Shown in pieces: positions 1 to 965 of a stretch of 965 nt of DNA. The notes beneath the pieces were generated by a model, which made no database searches, was not told the DNA's origin, and was given only the letters and a program-made list of their open reading frames with translations. Position 1 is the stretch's first letter; each line of letters opens with the position of its first letter. Made by a program: the position numbers and the translations under genes. Origin of the DNA: Escherichia coli (GTDB lineage: Bacteria; Pseudomonadota; Gammaproteobacteria; Enterobacterales; Enterobacteriaceae); the NCBI RefSeq assembly GCF_003334335.1, contig NZ_QOWQ01000134.1. One strand, given 5' to 3'.

Positions 1-965
1 GTGATTTCATTGCGGGTTTCTGTGATGGTGGTCTGCATTTCCGCCATCTCGTCCTTCAGCTGACTGTTGTCAATCTCTGCCCACAGCGCCTCTGCCAGAT
101 GCAGTTTTCCTATTTTTTCCCGAAACAGCCCCAGATACCCTTCTGCATCATTGCTGGCCCGTCCACTGGCTTCAACAAAAGCAGATTTACCCACCAGGTT
201 GACGCTGCGCACATAAAACCAGAAATCCTTTCCGGGCTTAATGTGCGGACCGGAGACACTCCACTGACTGCCGGTCCCCAGATAACGGGCAGAGGTTTCC
301 ACCTGTGCGGCGTCTGCAATTTTTGCCTCCGAAAACCAGAACTCAAACTGCACCGTCGGGTCATACACCGCAAGACGCGGGACTGCCGTTATCTGAAAAT
401 ACCCCGGCGTCAGTTCAACACCGGCAGGCGCTGCCGGTGCGTTAATCCGGAACGTGGTGGTGGCGGGTTCGCCCTGCTGGCCATAGCTGTTAATCGCCCT
501 GACCGTCAGGGTGTATTCCCCGGGAGGCAGGCCACTGAAACGGTGCTCCGTATCGGCAGTGATGGCGGTGGTCAGCAGGCGGCTGTTCTCACCGCTTCCA
601 CTGGTCAGGCGCAGACTGAAGCGCACGCCCTTCACCACCCGCGGCGTGTCCCATTTCGCCAGCGCCAGATACTGGCCGTCAGCTGCGCTCACCTCCACCG
701 TCAGGTGCTGCACTGCCGGTGGGATAACGCTGTTCAGGGTGCCTGACTGCGGCTCAAAGCGGGCTCCGTTATCCACAATGGCTTCTTTTTCCGGTACGTG
801 CTGCACTGCCGTGATGGCAAAGGTGCCGTCCGTGTTTTCCCGGATGGAGACACAGCGGAACAGGCGACGGCGCAGTGACGGCAGGGAGAGTCCCCACACC
901 CCGTATGTCTCCACACCATCAGGCAGGGTACTGACCTGTATCCGGTCCGGCGCGGGGTGTGCGGT
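1..965 (-). CDS. J: Host specificity protein J / tail tip attachment protein (lambdoid gpJ family), internal fragment, partial at both ends
   Basis: Minus-strand frame with codon boundaries at + positions 3..965 is open for all 321 codons (positions 1-2 are a partial codon). Translation N->C, reading 965->3: [321 protein letters not shown]. Long stretches match my recollection of the central part of phage lambda gpJ (e.g. [71 protein letters not shown]). The protein is not low-complexity, unlike the R/C-rich products of the track ORFs. No start or stop lies in the window, so the gene extends beyond both edges. Confidence 0.93.

Noticed and set aside
113-118. T6 homopolymer (A6 on the coding strand) as a possible slippage or frameshift site
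   Set aside because: Six bases is short for phase-variable slippage. The run sits in-frame (encoding E-K-I) with no alternative open frame continuing the protein, and no programmed frameshift is known in J.
191-198. Chi-like octamer (ccaccagg on plus, cctggtgg on minus)
   Set aside because: It differs from the canonical Chi sequence GCTGGTGG at one position. No exact Chi is present on either strand of the window.
110-373. 87-aa minus-strand ORF from the supplied track
   Set aside because: It is in a different minus-strand frame from the window-spanning gpJ frame. The peptide is R/C/W-rich and not protein-like, and it is entirely contained within the real CDS.
454-463. gtggtggtgg trinucleotide mini-repeat
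   Set aside because: It is only about three units and simply encodes consecutive Thr codons (ACC ACC ACG) in the FN3 G strand. It is not a meaningful microsatellite.
99-746. 215-aa plus-strand ORF from the supplied track
   Set aside because: It is exactly antisense to the gpJ reading frame, sharing the same codon boundaries. Its product is R/G/C/H-rich and low-complexity with no recognisable motifs. Long antisense ORFs are expected opposite GC-rich genes. There is no sequence support for a nested gene.
734-919. 61-aa minus-strand ORF from the supplied track
   Set aside because: Same off-frame as the 110..373 ORF. It is an out-of-frame read through the gpJ coding sequence with a low-complexity product.
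1-965. Signals of a novel defence or accessory system (CRISPR repeats, diversity-generating retroelement variable region, toxin-antitoxin pair, mobile-element termini)
   Set aside because: No regularly spaced repeats, no intergenic space, no second credible ORF, and no terminal inverted repeats. The window is fully accounted for by one continuous structural gene. A retroelement template/variable-region pair cannot be assessed without flanking sequence, and nothing here suggests one.

Overview
The whole 965-bp window lies inside a single minus-strand gene: an internal fragment (partial at both ends) of a lambdoid-phage host specificity / tail tip attachment protein of the gpJ family, most likely from an Enterobacteriaceae phage or prophage. 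The minus-strand frame with codons at + positions 3..965 is open for all 321 codons and has no start or stop in the window. The three ORFs in the supplied track are alternative-frame or antisense artefacts of this coding region. The translated segment contains one clear fibronectin type III-like module, a second probable beta-sandwich module, and a helix-prone segment at the C-terminal-ward end. I see no RNA gene, CRISPR array, mobile-element end, promoter or terminator, and no sequence evidence for a novel multi-gene system. The findings are within-gene observations: domain architecture, a linker-encoding hairpin, a short in-frame direct repeat, and possible mosaic divergence. All homology statements rest on my recollection of lambda gpJ and on motif recognition, not on a database search.
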